Notes: a model not told the origin generated them from the letters alone. 64,000 nt of DNA from Octopus vulgaris (GCA_951406725.2 OX597821.1:92504001-92568000), one strand, 5' to 3'. Shown: positions 40,322 to 54,595, counted from the first letter of the stretch. Numbers and translations: made by a program.

Positions 40322-40807
40322 AACTAGCACCTAAAAACCCATTCGGCTTTACTGGCAATTTGTTTGTTTACTCAATTTGCTCATTTGCTCATTTATTCAA
40401 TTAATCACCTGTTTCTATATGATTATATGCTTCCACACACTTGTTCTTGCAATTACCAATTCTTTCTATTTGATATTCTGTACTACTAGTAAATGTGTAT
40501 GTATTCATCTAATACATTGGAATAAATAGACATACTAGAATGTTTACCAGCTGATGTCTGTCGACTTTGTATCCTTCCACTTACTTACTTTCTCATATAT
40601 ATAGTTGAAGTGCATTCCATTAAATTACGTGTTAGAGTTCAAAATAGAGTTCGTTCACCCTTAGAATTACCAGATGTACCGGCAGTATTATGGTATACTA
40701 CCAATTCTAGGTTTAGGCATTCTTCGTGTGTGAAAAATAAAAAAGAAAGAACAAATAGCGTCAAAAGTAAGATGGAGTACTCCATCTTACTTTGATTCTA
40801 TTTATTC

Positions 40808-40859
<52 letters not shown>

Positions 40860-40949
40860 TTGTATGCATGTATATGTGTGTGTGTATTTATGTATATATG
40901 TACATGTGTATATATCTGTTTTTATATACACACACACATGCATATATAC

Positions 40950-40980
<31 letters not shown>

Positions 40981-41347
40981 TGTATGTATGTATGTATGTA
41001 TGTATGTATGTATGTATATATATATGTATGTACGTATGTATGTACGTATGTATGTACGTATGTATGTAGCCAGTACCAATCTGGAAATTCTAGAGTAAAT
41101 ATTGCATAAATTACAGTCCAACTCTTATCATTGATTCTTTGGGTTTCCTGTTAGTGGAGTTGGATAACTGATATCCTTTCAGCCCGCCAGCTGATTGGCT
41201 GAAAGCCAAAACAAAGATAAGCAAAACAGGTGACTAAAGCCAAGGTCTGTGTACGATGGGATGCTAAAATTGTGATCTCGTTCCATGACAATTTAATTAA
41301 CAAAGTTCAGAGGAAGCGAATATTCGTTGATAATGAAAACAACAATG

Positions 41348-41348
<1 letters not shown>

Positions 41349-41408
<60 letters not shown>

Positions 41409-41448
41409 TAATAATAATAACAATAATAACAACAACAACAACAACAAC

Positions 41449-41511
<63 letters not shown>

Positions 41512-41667
41512 GCCAACATTTTTTTAGACATCCACCAGTACAACACAAAAAACAACCAAATATATGGCACACTAGGCATAACAACGTGAACTTCCAACCT
41601 GTTGTCTCTTGAGGTCTCCGGGTGAGACTTGGAGCCAACTTGTACAAATATAAAGCAAAAGACAAAC

Positions 41668-41746
<79 letters not shown>

Positions 41747-41752
41747 AAGAAG

Positions 41753-41781
<29 letters not shown>
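41349..41781. repeat. (TAA)n/(CAA)n/(GAA)n arrays with an embedded probable R4/Dong 3' UTR (41511-41668)
   Basis: Direct reading; the unique insert ends in a TAA tail. Confidence 0.8.
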
Positions 41782-41784
<3 letters not shown>

Positions 41785-43863
41785 TCAGCACTCAATTACC
41801 AACATGGGTGAAAAAGATTGGTGCAAGTGTGAAGGTAGAACACCTAGAAAAATCAGCATTGCTTGGAACTGCAAGAATTCTTCACAGGGTTTTTGAAGCA
41901 CGACCAGTAAGCAAGTGTCACTTTAGTCTGCTGGCTCTCGACAGCTGACACTTTCCATCACACCCAGCAAAATAGCTGTGAGTGTTCATATAATAATAAT
42001 AATACTTTCTACTGGAATGTTATAATAAAGGAATGTTATAGGAGAGTTCGTGCAGTCCTGAAATCTGAACTAAATGCACGTAACAAGGTGTTAGCTATAA
42101 ATTCCTTAGCAGTTCCAGTTGTTACTTATAGCTACAATGTGTTGAACTGGAATATGAGTGAAGTAAAGAATATAGATAGGAAAATACGCAAGCTGCTGAG
42201 TTGTAATAGGATGCATCACCCAAAGGCAGACGTAGATCGCCTTTACCTTCCCAGAGCCCAAGGAGGTCGAGGCCTGATCCAATTTGAACTAGCTTACAAA
42301 ACAACCACAATTGGACTGGCCAAATATCTCGAAATATCGAATGACTGGATGCTAAAGCTCGTGGAAAATCACGAGAGACGAAAGAAGCTTCATTCTATCA
42401 TAAAGGAAAGCAAAACATTTGCTATTGATCTCGTGCAGGATACCCAAACTGAACAACCTGAGGGAAGTACGGCAACTATTGTTGCAAAGAAGGTGAAAAT
42501 GATGGCAATGAAAAAAGCGCACGAGCAATTGGCTGATAGGTGGGAGGAGAAACCTCTGCACGGCAAATATGTGACCCGCAGCAAACAAGCTGATGTTGAC
42601 CAGAAGCAAACCCATCAGTGGCTACGGAGCTCAGGGCTAAAAGCAGAGAGCGAAGGTTTCATCCTGGCTGCTCAAGATCAAAGCCTATTAACCCGTAACT
42701 ACCAGGCCAATGTGATGAAAAATGGAGCAGACCCAAAATGCCGATTCTGCAACGACATGATTGAAACAGTGGACCACCTAATCTCTGGATGTAAAGTCTT
42801 AGCACCAGTGGAGTATAAATTAAGACATGACAGAGTTGGCCAATATCTCCACTGGTTAATAAGTCGGCATTACAATATCAAAACTGCCGACAAGTGGTAT
42901 AATCACCACCCTGAGGCTGTAACTGAAGGAGAAAATGTAACCATTCTGTGGGACTTTCCAGTACATACAGACCGAACCATCAAGGCCAATAAACCAGATA
43001 TTGTTGTGAAAGACCAAAACAATAAAGTTTGCTTATTGATCGACATGAGCATCCCCTGTGATCATAATATCTCAGCGAAAGAGTTTGACAAGCTCAGAAA
43101 ATATAAATACCTACTCATTGAAATTGAGAAAATGTGGCATCTCAAGGCGGTTACAATACCAGTGATCGTAGGAACACTATGAATGATCAAGAAGGGAACC
43201 GAAAATTATATGAGAATGATCCCTGGCTTACCATCCCTGCAAGAAGTGCAAAAGATTGTCTTAACTGGTACATCACACGTATTGAGAAGAGCATTTAAAT
43301 GAACGAACTACTGAGTTTGGTTTAATGGCCTACCAATGTATACTATGAGTTTCTTTGCCCTATGAGTCGGGAAGACACTCGGCAAGAAATGGAAGCAAAT
43401 TTGAAAGAAGAAAAAAAAAGCAATAATAATAATAATAAATGGATTATACAATACCGTTAAAACAAATTGTTTAGAACCGCACATGTTTCATCCTTTCGGG
43501 GTCGACAAATTAAGTACCAGTGAAACAATGGGGTCGATACAATCAACTAGTCTCCTAGTGGGAAATACGAAGGTTGTGGTCAATGAAGAGAATTGACCTG
43601 ATACCAAGAGTAATTGACGCACTTAGAAGTATCAGCACTCAATTACCAACATGGGTGAAAAAGATTGGTGCAAGTGTGAAGGTAGAACACCTAGAAAAAT
43701 CAGCATTGCTTGGAACTGCAAGAATTCTTCACAGGGTTTTTGAAGCACGACCAGTAAGCAAGTGTCACTTTAGTCTGCTGGCTCTCGACAGCTGACACTT
43801 TCCATCACACCCAGCAAAATAGCTGTGAGTGTTCATATAATAATAATAATACTTTCTACTGGA
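41778..43863 (+). repeat. Identical 239-bp direct repeats (41778-42016 and 43625-43863), the 3' end of a second R4/Dong family
   Basis: Both translate ...SISTQLPTWVKKIGASVKVEHLEKSALLGTARILHRVFEA, then 3' UTR, TAA and ACTTTCTACTGGA. Confidence 0.9.
42018..43440 (+). mobile_element. Young 5'-truncated R4/Dong-clade non-LTR retrotransposon (RT C-terminus, CCHC knuckle, PD-(D/E)xK endonuclease)
   Basis: ORF 42088-43182 has RLYLPRAQGGRGL, CRFC..ETVDHLISGC, RHD and KPDIVV..LIDMSIP..K..KY; one premature TGA at 43180, frame continues to 43302; TAA tail. Confidence 0.93.
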
Positions 43864-44577
43864 GATACAAGGCCTCAAATTTGTGGGGGGGGGACTAGCT
43901 GATTATATCGACCCCAGTGTTTCACTGGTACTTAATTTATCGACCCCGAAAGGATGAAAGGCAATGTTGATCTAGGTGGAATTTGAACTCAGAACGTAGC
44001 GGCGAGCGAAATACCGCTACGCATTTCGCCCACCAGACTAACGATTTTGCCAGCTCGCCACCTTAATAATACTAACAATAATAATGATAGTAGTAGTAGT
44101 AGTAGTATTAGTAGTAGTAGTAGTAGTAGTAGCAGTAGTAGTAGTAGTAGTAAATTTTTTTCTACTCTAGGTACAAGGCCCTAAATTTGCGGGGAGGATG
44201 CCAGTCGATTAGATCGACTCCAATACGCAACTGGTACTTAATTTATCGACCCCGAGGGGATGAAAGTCAAAGTCGACCTCAGCGGAATTTGGACTCAGAA
44301 CGTGACGGCAGACGAGATACTGCTAAGCATTTGGCCCAGCGTGCTAATGATTATTTTCTGTTCTTTTCTACTCTAGACACAAGTTCCGAAATTTTGGGGA
44401 ACGGGGTCAGTCGATTAGATCGACTCCAGTACGCGTCTGGTACTTAATTTATCGACTCTGAAAGGATGAAAAACAAAGTCGGCCTCGGCGAAATGTGAAT
44501 TCTGAACGTAAAGACAGACGAAATACTGCTAAGCATTTAGCCCTGCGTGCTAACATTCCTGCCAGCTCGCCACCTTA
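43852..44577 (-). mobile_element. Tandem family C SINEs with a (TAG)n tract between them
   Basis: Three family C cores on the minus strand. Confidence 0.8.
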
Positions 44578-44596
44578 ATAATATTAACAATAATAA

Positions 44597-44599
44597 TGA

Positions 44600-44646
<47 letters not shown>

Positions 44647-44910
44647 AGAAGAAGGAAGGAGGAGGAGGAGGAGGTAGAAGAAGAAGAAGAAGAAGAAGAA
44701 GAAGAAGAAGAAGAAGAAGAAGAAGAAGAAGAAGAAGAAGAAGAAGAAGAAGAGGAGGAGGAGGAGGAGGAGGTGAAGAAGAAGAAGAAGAAGAAGAAGA
44801 AGAAGAGGAGGAGGAGGAGGAGGAGGAGGAGGAGGTGAAGAAGAAGAAGAAGAAGAAGAAGAAGAAGAAGAAGAAGAAGAAGAAGAAGAAGAAGAAGATG
44901 TAGAAGAAGG
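44597..44910. repeat. ~310-bp almost pure polypurine (GAA)n/(GGA)n tract
   Basis: Direct reading. Confidence 0.95.
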
Positions 44911-45505
44911 ATGATGATGGTGATGATGATGATAAAATTGTGTCTTGAAACGACCATTATTTTAACTTCTTTTGCAGGGGGGTCCTGTGATTTAGTCAGC
45001 CATGTTTTTTTACCTTTCTCTATCCTGGCCTACAGACAAACTGCTGAATGACTGTAAGAATGTCAAGAGACCAAATCTACTGGCAAGAAACCTAAGTTAT
45101 TGGCGATAAGAGTTTGATTATAATTTAAGGAGTGTATGGTGTTTGTGTATGAAAAAGGTATTTCACTCCGGGACTGTTTGTTGTACAGTTGTACAGTTGT
45201 ACACATCAACGAATTGGAAATAATATCTTTTTGTTTCTAGCTTGCAAATGTGTATGGACGATGGAGCGGTTAAATAGAATGCGAATGTGGTTTGGATTTG
45301 TTTTCCTTGGTTATCACACAAACACAAATAAAGACATACAAGATTCTATACGCTACCAACACAATGTTATATTGAGCACTTTTATATTTCACTAGCTTAA
45401 AAGCTGCACTCCGTGCAAACTTTTAAGCAGGCTCCTGCAGAGGGCTAATTGGCCCTGCAGCCCAAAACTAAAGAGAGATAAATAGCATGACTATAATACG
45501 TATAT

Positions 45506-45894
45506 GTGGAGGCGCAATGGCCTTGTGGTTAGGGCAGTGGACTCGCGGTCGCAGGATCGCGGTTTCGATTCCCAGACCGGGCGTTGTGTGTGTTTATTGA
45601 GCGAAAACACCTAAAGCTCCACGAGGCTCCGGCAGGGAATGGTGGTGATCCCTGCTGTACTCTTTCACCACAACTTTCTCTCACTCTTACTTCCTGTTTC
45701 TGTTGTACCTGTATTTCAAAGGGCCGGCCTTGTCACTCTCTGTGTCACGCTGAATATCCCCAAGAACTACGTTAAGGGTACACGTGTCTGTGGAGTGCTC
45801 AGCCACTTACACGTTAATTTCACGAGCAGGCTGTTCCGTTGATTCGGATCAACCGGAACCCTCGTCGTCGTAACCGACGGAGTGCTTCTCTCTC
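45506..45894 (+). mobile_element. SINE family A, 13-bp TSD, (TC)n tail
   Basis: TSD ATAATACGTATAT at 45493-505 and 45895-907. Confidence 0.92.
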
Positions 45895-46735
45895 ATAATA
45901 CGTATATAATTACTATATGCTCCGGTGGTGCGTGATCAGAGGTTAAGGACGGATGAGAATTAATTCTGTAATGCAATCATTTTATTGCTCTTGTCCCAAG
46001 TTGAATTCCACCTGTTGGCCAGTTTGTCTCAAAGTTCTTATCTCTACGTAAAATTAACGAAGCAAATGTCATTTATCTCCCCGTTGATCTTTGACCTCAT
46101 CTGACAAACGCCAACCACGATGGCGTGAATAAGCCAAGTTGTACTTGCTAGAAGTAGAAACCCAAATGCTTTTAAATCAGAGCCCAGCGCTGGATGTTTC
46201 CGGAACCAAATGAAGGGCAGATTTTCAATTCCAGGATCATCCTGATTCCTCCCCCCCCCCCAAAAAAAAGGTATAATATGGTGAGAGAAAATGTAGACTG
46301 CGATGCTGGGGTCCAAGACGGACAGACAGGATTTCGCTTTTATTATTACAAAAAAAAAAAGAAACTAGAAATGCACACATACGTACATACATACACACAC
46401 ATTCATTCATCCATCGATCTGTCCATCCATCCATCCATTCATCGATCCATCCATCCATACATACATACATACATACATACACACACACATTCATTCATCC
46501 ATCGATCTGTCCATTCATCCATCCATCCAGCCATCCAGCCAGCCAACCAGCCAGCCAGCTATCCATCCATCCATACATACATACATACATACATACACAT
46601 ACATTCATTCATCCATCGATCTGTCCATCCATCCATCCATTCATCCATCCATCCATCCCTCCATCCATCCATCCATCCATCCATACATACATACATACAT
46701 ACATACATACATACATACATACATACATACATACA

Positions 46736-47051
46736 TTATGGCTGCCCCCTCGTTAACGAGTATGGCCATTGCACGAAGCTTAACCGTTACTGGTGCTGTG
46801 ATCGAATGTGACTTTTTAGCCCAGCTAAAGATCTACGATGTCTTGTACAGAATTGGCAACTAAAACCTTTACTGGTAATAGCCGGCTGTAGTTGTAACTG
46901 GGCTTCATGTACCTTTGCATATCGTTTAAGTCCTCCTGCGGAATTACACTCTCTTCTACATGCCCGACAGATATGATTAGTATGGTGTGTTACACCACCA
47001 CCAGTGGCCAGGTTGTCACTCATCTGTCTCGCTTTATGACTTTTACTCGCT

Positions 47052-47055
<4 letters not shown>
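46736..47055 (-). mobile_element. RTE-clade LINE 3' end (two C2H2-like fingers) flanked by (ATGT)n
   Basis: CRACRRECNSAGGLKRYAKVH and [22 protein letters not shown], short 3' UTR, tetranucleotide tail. Confidence 0.75.
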
Positions 47056-47083
<28 letters not shown>

Positions 47084-47762
47084 CATACATACATACATAC
47101 ATACATACATACATACATACATACATACATACATACATGCATACAATATTGGTGACAGACGCAGTGTTAATGATGAGAGGTAATATTTATCTTAACCTGT
47201 GTATGTTCTGTCAGAACAAATTATACTGTGGAAGATACTACGAGAGAAGTTCTCATATAGGCTTTTGGCACAAAATGTACCCTTGTTTATATCCAGCACT
47301 GAGACCATCAGTTCACGTGATTTCGACCTTTTTTTATCTGGTCAACGATAGAAACTCGACCACTGGAGATAACAGCAACTCATCTCCCCCACTAGTGATA
47401 TATAGAAAAACGGTGACAGAACAGATATTCTTCTTCTCTGGCAAGAATTCACAACGACCTCGAACAAACAAGAATAAATAAGAGAGACAGAGACAGGCAG
47501 AAAAAAGGAAAATGCCCCTTGTATTTGAATGTTAAGCAAATATTCTTTTAAAAAACTTTTCATTTAATTTTTCCAAAATTAATTGTTTTCTATATTTAGA
47601 GTTTAAAAAGTCTCAATGACTGAAACCGGTACTAAAATGTTTTTTATGATGAAATTATTTTAGCATTTTCTACCTTGGCTTTTTTCCTTATACATATTAT
47701 CAACACGTGTTTCTTTTCAATCTTCTACATATATATATATGACTTAACCATCCTCTTACACC

Positions 47763-47814
47763 GTCTCCGATGAAGGGATATAATTAATAAATATCCTAGA
47801 AATAGCTGTAAGAC
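47763..47814 (+). ncRNA. Type I hammerhead-like motif (CCGAUGA core) in a ~140-bp insert between TA tracts
   Basis: gtct-CCGATGA-a-gggatat[aattaataa]atatcct-a-GAAAT-agct-GTA-agac. Confidence 0.65.
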
Positions 47815-47881
47815 CTTCTATCTATAAATGCTCTAATATCTACACAGCCTTGGTTTGTTATCTTATTACGCAAAAAATTCT

Positions 47882-47944
<63 letters not shown>

Positions 47945-47949
<5 letters not shown>

Positions 47950-48260
47950 TGTACATTTAAACACATAAGAGGCACTAATCATAGGATTCTTTGCACGCTA
48001 GAGAGAACAGTTAAATTCCAAACAACTATTTGGGATAAAATTTCGAAGAGAATGAAATTTTGTCCCTAATAGTGGTTTGGAATTTAACTGTTCTCTCTAG
48101 CGTGCAAGGAGTCCTATGATGGATGCCTCTTATATGTTTAAATGTAGAGTGTATTTATATGAATAATATATAATCTATTGACTAAATTTTTTACACACGC
48201 TAGGCCACTGGTAATGGAAATTTCTAATATTTCTGATTATCCTTTGATGTTATTAAATAT
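47945..48260. repeat. Fold-back element between (TA)n tracts: ~100-bp imperfect inverted arms with a ~10-bp loop
   Basis: 47951-48043 is approximately the inverse of 48053-48146. Confidence 0.85.
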
Positions 48261-48276
48261 ATATATATATATACGT

Positions 48277-48813
48277 TTAAATATTTGTTGTGCAAGATTT
48301 TTTTATGTGAAGTCGTGTGTTGAAACAGATATTGTTATATTTCGGAATGGTCATATTGCCAGTTTAGCCAATAAAAACACACGCACTATATATTTGGTGT
48401 TATTTTGCTTCAGTGATATTTATTTTTTACATTAATCTTAATCTTATTTCGGCCAAAGTTCTTTCGTCACACTCCTGTGACCGCATCAGTGGTCCTTTGT
48501 TTTCTTCTCACTTACTTGTGTCTCTCCTTACTAACCGTCAGCCATTTTGTATTTCTATTGTATGTCTTCATCTGCGCATGCTTATATCTCTATGTGCGTC
48601 TATGTTTATTTAGTGTGTGTGTGGGGGGGATGCCTGTAATATTTGTATCTTCTGGTTATATACATTCTTGTAATTTGTATTTTGTTTTTGTTGTTGTTGC
48701 TTTTGTTCTAATTTTGTTCATGTGTTTACATCCACCCATTATTATCATTACATATGCTTGTATGTATGTATAACAACAATATTAGTAATAATAATAATAA
48801 ATCTAATTGAAAA

Positions 48814-48901
<88 letters not shown>

Positions 48902-49100
48902 TATACACATATACACACACATATACACATATACATACACATATACATATATATAGTTATTCATTTCTATTTCTTTAATTATCTGTGTATTTATTATGTT
49001 TGCAGGATTTATTATTATTATCACTGAAGCAAAATAACACCAAATATATAGTGCGTGTGTTTTTATTGGCTAAACTGGCAATATGACCATTCCGAAATAT

Positions 49101-49153
<53 letters not shown>

Positions 49154-49322
49154 AAATAAGAAAATGGAGAAATACATCTAAATAAACATAGACGCACATA
49201 GAGATATAAGCATGCGCAGATGAAGACATACAATAGAAATACAAAATGGCTGACGGTTAGTAAGGAGAGACACTAATAAGAAAGAAGAAAACAAAGGACC
49301 ACTGATGCGGTCACAGGAGTGG
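48277..49322. mobile_element. Family H2 complex: one long copy plus two inverted segments (49021-49106, 49165-49322); HHR-like motif at 48451-48495 (-)
   Basis: Direct homology to 33931-34286. Confidence 0.8.
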
Positions 49323-49393
49323 GTACTTCACTAGCAGTATATTGGATATATGTTATCTCATGGAGGGTTGAATTTGCAACCCCTATCTCAATT

Positions 49394-49502
<109 letters not shown>

Positions 49503-49504
49503 AG

Positions 49505-49755
49505 AGAGTTTACGAAAAAAAACAAATGACGAAGACAGGCGGTGTACAAAACGCACAGATATATTAGTATAACGCTCGGGAATAGAAAAGTCTTTTACGT
49601 TTCGAGCCTACGCTCTTCTACAGAAAGGGACACAGAAAAAAAACAAGGAGAGAAACAAGGAGGAAAAAAATAGAAAAAGTCTTTTACGTTTCGAGCCTAC
49701 GCTCTTCTACAGAAAGGGACACAGAAAAAAAAACAAGGAGAGAAACAAGGAGGGG
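49505..49755 (-). mobile_element. Family H1 copy with a tandem 89-bp duplication giving two HHR-like motifs (49592-49627, 49681-49716)
   Basis: Both read cttt-CTGTAGA-a-gagc[gtag]gctc-GAAAC-GTA-aaag on minus. Confidence 0.8.
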
Positions 49756-50100
49756 AAAAAAAGAAGAGAAAATGCTAGCACAAGTGCTATTGCTCTTCGT
49801 AGTTGTCAACATCGTCGTAATTGTCGTTTTAACGTACATTTCCATACTTTCATGACCCGGACTCAGTTAATCGAGACTGATTTTCTCCGACCAGATTCCT
49901 TTTCTGTTCCTTGCAAGGATGTTACTATTCCTCCGTGGACGTACGTATTTTTTCCGAGTTCTGGAAATGAAAGATACGATCAGTTTGACGTTGACACTCG
50001 ACTCTCCCTCGATGCCGACACAAACACAAATACACAAACAGACACGCATACCCACATATACACACATATGCGCACACACTCACACACACATATATACATA

Positions 50101-50326
50101 CGAGCTGGCAGACACGTTAGCGCGCCGGGCGAAATGCTTAGCGGTATTTCGTCTGTCGTTACGTTCTGAGTTCAAATTCCGCCGAGGTCAACTTTGCCTT
50201 TCATCCTTTCGCGGTCGATAAATAAAGTACCAGTTTCGCACTGGAGGTCGATATAATCGACTCAATCCCTTCGTCTGTCCTTGTTTGTCCCCTCTATGTT
50301 TAGCCCCTTGTGGGCAGTAAAGAAAT
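50101..50326 (+). mobile_element. SINE family C
   Basis: Matches 50879-51114. Confidence 0.85.
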
Positions 50327-50878
50327 ATATATACATACGTATACAGCGGGCTTCTTTTAGTTTCCACCTATCAAATACACTTACAAGACATTAGTCAACC
50401 TGGGACTATTATAAAGGGCTCTAGTCTGAATCGCATCGCAACGGGACTGAACCCAAAACCAAAGGGTCAGGAAGAAATCTTGTTAACTACACAGTTACGT
50501 CTGGTCTTTAAGTTAATTGCTTTTACATCTGGATAGTGTTCGTTACCAGGTATTGATAATCTTAGTGAAATGTAATGTTACAATAAGTCTCTCTTCAATT
50601 CACAAACATGGAGCCGCTGCAATGGACGGCTGATTTGCTAGAAATAGTAACTAAATCTTTCTGCAATCACAATCTAATATCTTAATAAAATGATGGACAC
50701 ATTTGATAAAGCAGTACTTGGGGTATATAGACTGGCTTTAAAAGAAAAGACAAGCGTCACGAGAAGGCTTTCGGTTATTTTCCCTGCCGATCAGGGCTGA
50801 ACTGAATTTAAGCGCAATAATACAATGATGATAAGGAATACATCGATGACGAGAATGAGAGTTATGGTGGCGGTAGAC

Positions 50879-51114
50879 AAGGGCGGCGAGCTGGCAGAAA
50901 CGTTAGCACGCCGGGCGAAATGCTTAGCGGTATTTCGTCTGCCGCTACGTTCTGAGTTCAAATTCCGCCGAGGTCGACTTTGCCTTTCATCCTTTCGGGG
51001 TCGATAAATAAAGTACCAGTTTCGCACTGGGGTCGATGTAATCGACTTAATACCTATGTCTGTCCTTGTTTGTCCCCTCTGTGTTTAGCCCCTTGTGGGT
51101 AATAAAGAAATAGG
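50879..51114 (+). mobile_element. SINE family C, full length
   Basis: Complete head, B-box-like GAGTTCAAATTCC, Meta-like core and tail. Confidence 0.88.
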
Positions 51115-51888
51115 TAAGAATAGCATGGACAACGAATGGTCTCGTTACAATGGAACCACAACATAGACGATTGACTTGCTAGAAATAACAACTAAATCTC
51201 TCCAATATCATAATCTTAATAAAATGAAGGGCACATTTGATAAAGTAATGCTCGGTACAATCATCACAAGAAAGCCTTTGGTTTTTCTTCTCTTTTACCT
51301 TCCAGGCAAACAACAATAATAAAGCTATGATTGATGATCATTGTCATGACAACGACGACGACCATGTGGGTGATGGTGACGGTGGGGACGTTGGCGATAG
51401 CGAGGACAACGATGATGACAATACAAAAAACCAACTAATGGTATAGCGGCATAGTAGATATATGTAACAGAAAGAAACTAAAATAGCTGCGTACAAAAAC
51501 CATGTCTGGGTCGCAGACTCGGGTCAATTGACGCCCATCTCTATAGGTTTCTGGCAGTTACCACATGTCCGAAATACACAGATTATAAGTTCTTGACAGA
51601 GTCTATATCATAACAATAGAAGCTTGTCGATTTGTTGGAGACCAGCATTAACAATGGTGAATGGAGAAAATATCAGATATAAATAATGACGATAATGTGT
51701 ATTACTTAACTATTTCATTGCTGTCAAATTTGTACCAGACTTACAATAACAGAACAAAACAACAAAACTGTTGCCACTCTGTAACTGTCCAGAATCTTAT
51801 GTAAAACACTATTGGAATAAACAGGCGACTGTTCATATACATACAATCATACATATATATATACATACATATACATACATATACATAC

Positions 51889-51919
<31 letters not shown>

Positions 51920-51922
51920 CAT

Positions 51923-51978
<56 letters not shown>

Positions 51979-52007
51979 GTATACACACACATGTATATAT
52001 GCACATA

Positions 52008-52058
<51 letters not shown>

Positions 52059-52095
52059 ATGTGTGTGTGTCTATATATATATGTACATATGTATA

Positions 52096-52128
<33 letters not shown>

Positions 52129-52175
52129 ATATATATATGTGTATGTATGTATGTATATATGTGTATGTATATGTA

Positions 52176-52247
<72 letters not shown>

Positions 52248-52462
52248 AATGTACGTACATATGTATCTGATCTATGAATGAATATATGTATATGTGTATA
52301 CATATGCAAATGTATATGAATATCCAAACATAAACATACTGATATATTGTCTATATGTGTATACACACATAAGATATGTATATAGAAAAAAACACTTAAA
52401 TTACATATGTTCTCACCTCTATGTCAATACATATAGATATATATGTACACACAGACACACAG

Positions 52463-52542
<80 letters not shown>

Positions 52543-52777
52543 GAGTAAATTACACATGAATATTTTCATGTACATATATATTATATACATACATATGAAT
52601 ATACATATGTAATATATATGCATGTGTGTGTGCGTGTATAGCCATATGTACAGCATACACATACACACACTTTTGTAAATCAATATTTACATATATTAGA
52701 GGGAGGAATATATGTAAATACGTGTCTGTGTACATATGTGTGCATGACTCTCTCTATATATATATGTATGTATGTAC

Positions 52778-52856
<79 letters not shown>

Positions 52857-53280
52857 CATACATACACACACACACACATACATATACACACATACACACA
52901 TATATACGTACATTCATGTACATATATAAACATTCTCTACATTAGACTCATAAAATATATGTACATATATCATAATTATGATTAAATACACTACAAATAT
53001 ACATATGTAGGAGCCATCAAAAATTCACACACACACACATACATACACACACTCGCACGCACGCACACACAAACATATTTATATATATATATATACACAT
53101 TTATATGAATTCCTGCTTGCATCAGTAAGTGCATATACATATATGCATAGCCTAGATGTATGTGTATGCTCATTTATGCATATACTCATATATACACATG
53201 CACTCATATATCATACTTATTTTTCTGCATACAAACATAACTACACACACATATATATGTATACATACATACATACATAC

Positions 53281-53361
<81 letters not shown>

Positions 53362-54356
53362 TTATCGCCATACTAATATATAGAGAGACTTAGTAATTTT
53401 AATATTTCTATATATATATATATATATATATTATATACGCACAAACATACATATAAACAACCATCCATACATACAACCACACGCACGTGCATACATATTC
53501 ATGTTGTTTAATACAAACCTATTCATATATGAATTATGTTGTGGTTAGTGAATACTTTATATGAAAATATACATACAAACACACACACACACACACACAC
53601 ACATTTATATATATACACACTTAAATTTTATAAAGCCATCTATTTATTACCACCTCCACCACCGTCGTGACCACCATCACCACAGGTATTATCAGCAACA
53701 ACTATATAGACATCATCGACATAATTTCCTCAGATACAAACTCTAGTGACACCGACACCAATTTACTGAAAATTACTATGTGTACCACTACCACTATCAC
53801 CACCACTACCACAACTACCACCACCACCACCACCACCACCACCAATGCCATCTTTCGTATCAACACCAATGATATCAACATTATCTCATTTCTAACATGG
53901 TTCACATTTACATCACCAACACTATCACAGCCAAAAGTCTCATCCTAAACCCCACAGCCACCACCACCAACATCACCACAACCATAACCACCACCACCAT
54001 CACCATAATCGTCATAATATATTTATATAAAACCATTCAACTTATATAGGGGAAAGGAAAATAAAGAAATATATCCCCACAAATGCAAAGAAAATCTGGA
54101 AACCTCTCCATATTTATCCGAAGAACGCCATTTATTGGCATGTCTCAAGAAATTCTTTGACATTCAGCTCTAGTAAAGCCTTTGCACATTGCTTTTTTTT
54201 TATGTTTCAGCAATAGAGGGCAATGATAGATCAATAGCATCATACTTAGATTTTTGTAATCTCTTTACGTATCATACTCACATGCCTATGAACACATCGG
54301 CTTGCACACATGAATGCTCACGTACAAAAATATATGCATGTGTATACATACATACA

Positions 54357-54391
<35 letters not shown>

Positions 54392-54406
54392 GTATATATC
54401 TATACA

Positions 54407-54467
<61 letters not shown>

Positions 54468-54595
54468 GTATATATGCAGGTGGTACCCCAGCCTGGTCAC
54501 AACCTTAGGGCTGAAATGTATAAAATAATATATGTATATATACCCACATGCGTGCACATAATATATATAAATACATATATACATGCATCTGTGTC

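Noticed and set aside
49580-49755. Repeat-spacer-like pattern (CRISPR?)
   Set aside because: The entire 89-bp unit is duplicated, with no unique spacers; eukaryotic context and no cas genes.
50624-51285. Diverged ~150-bp duplicate (50624-50780 vs 51167-51285); also 31150-31212 vs 32150-32217
   Set aside because: Probably old dispersed-repeat fragments; cannot be distinguished from local duplication without a genome search.
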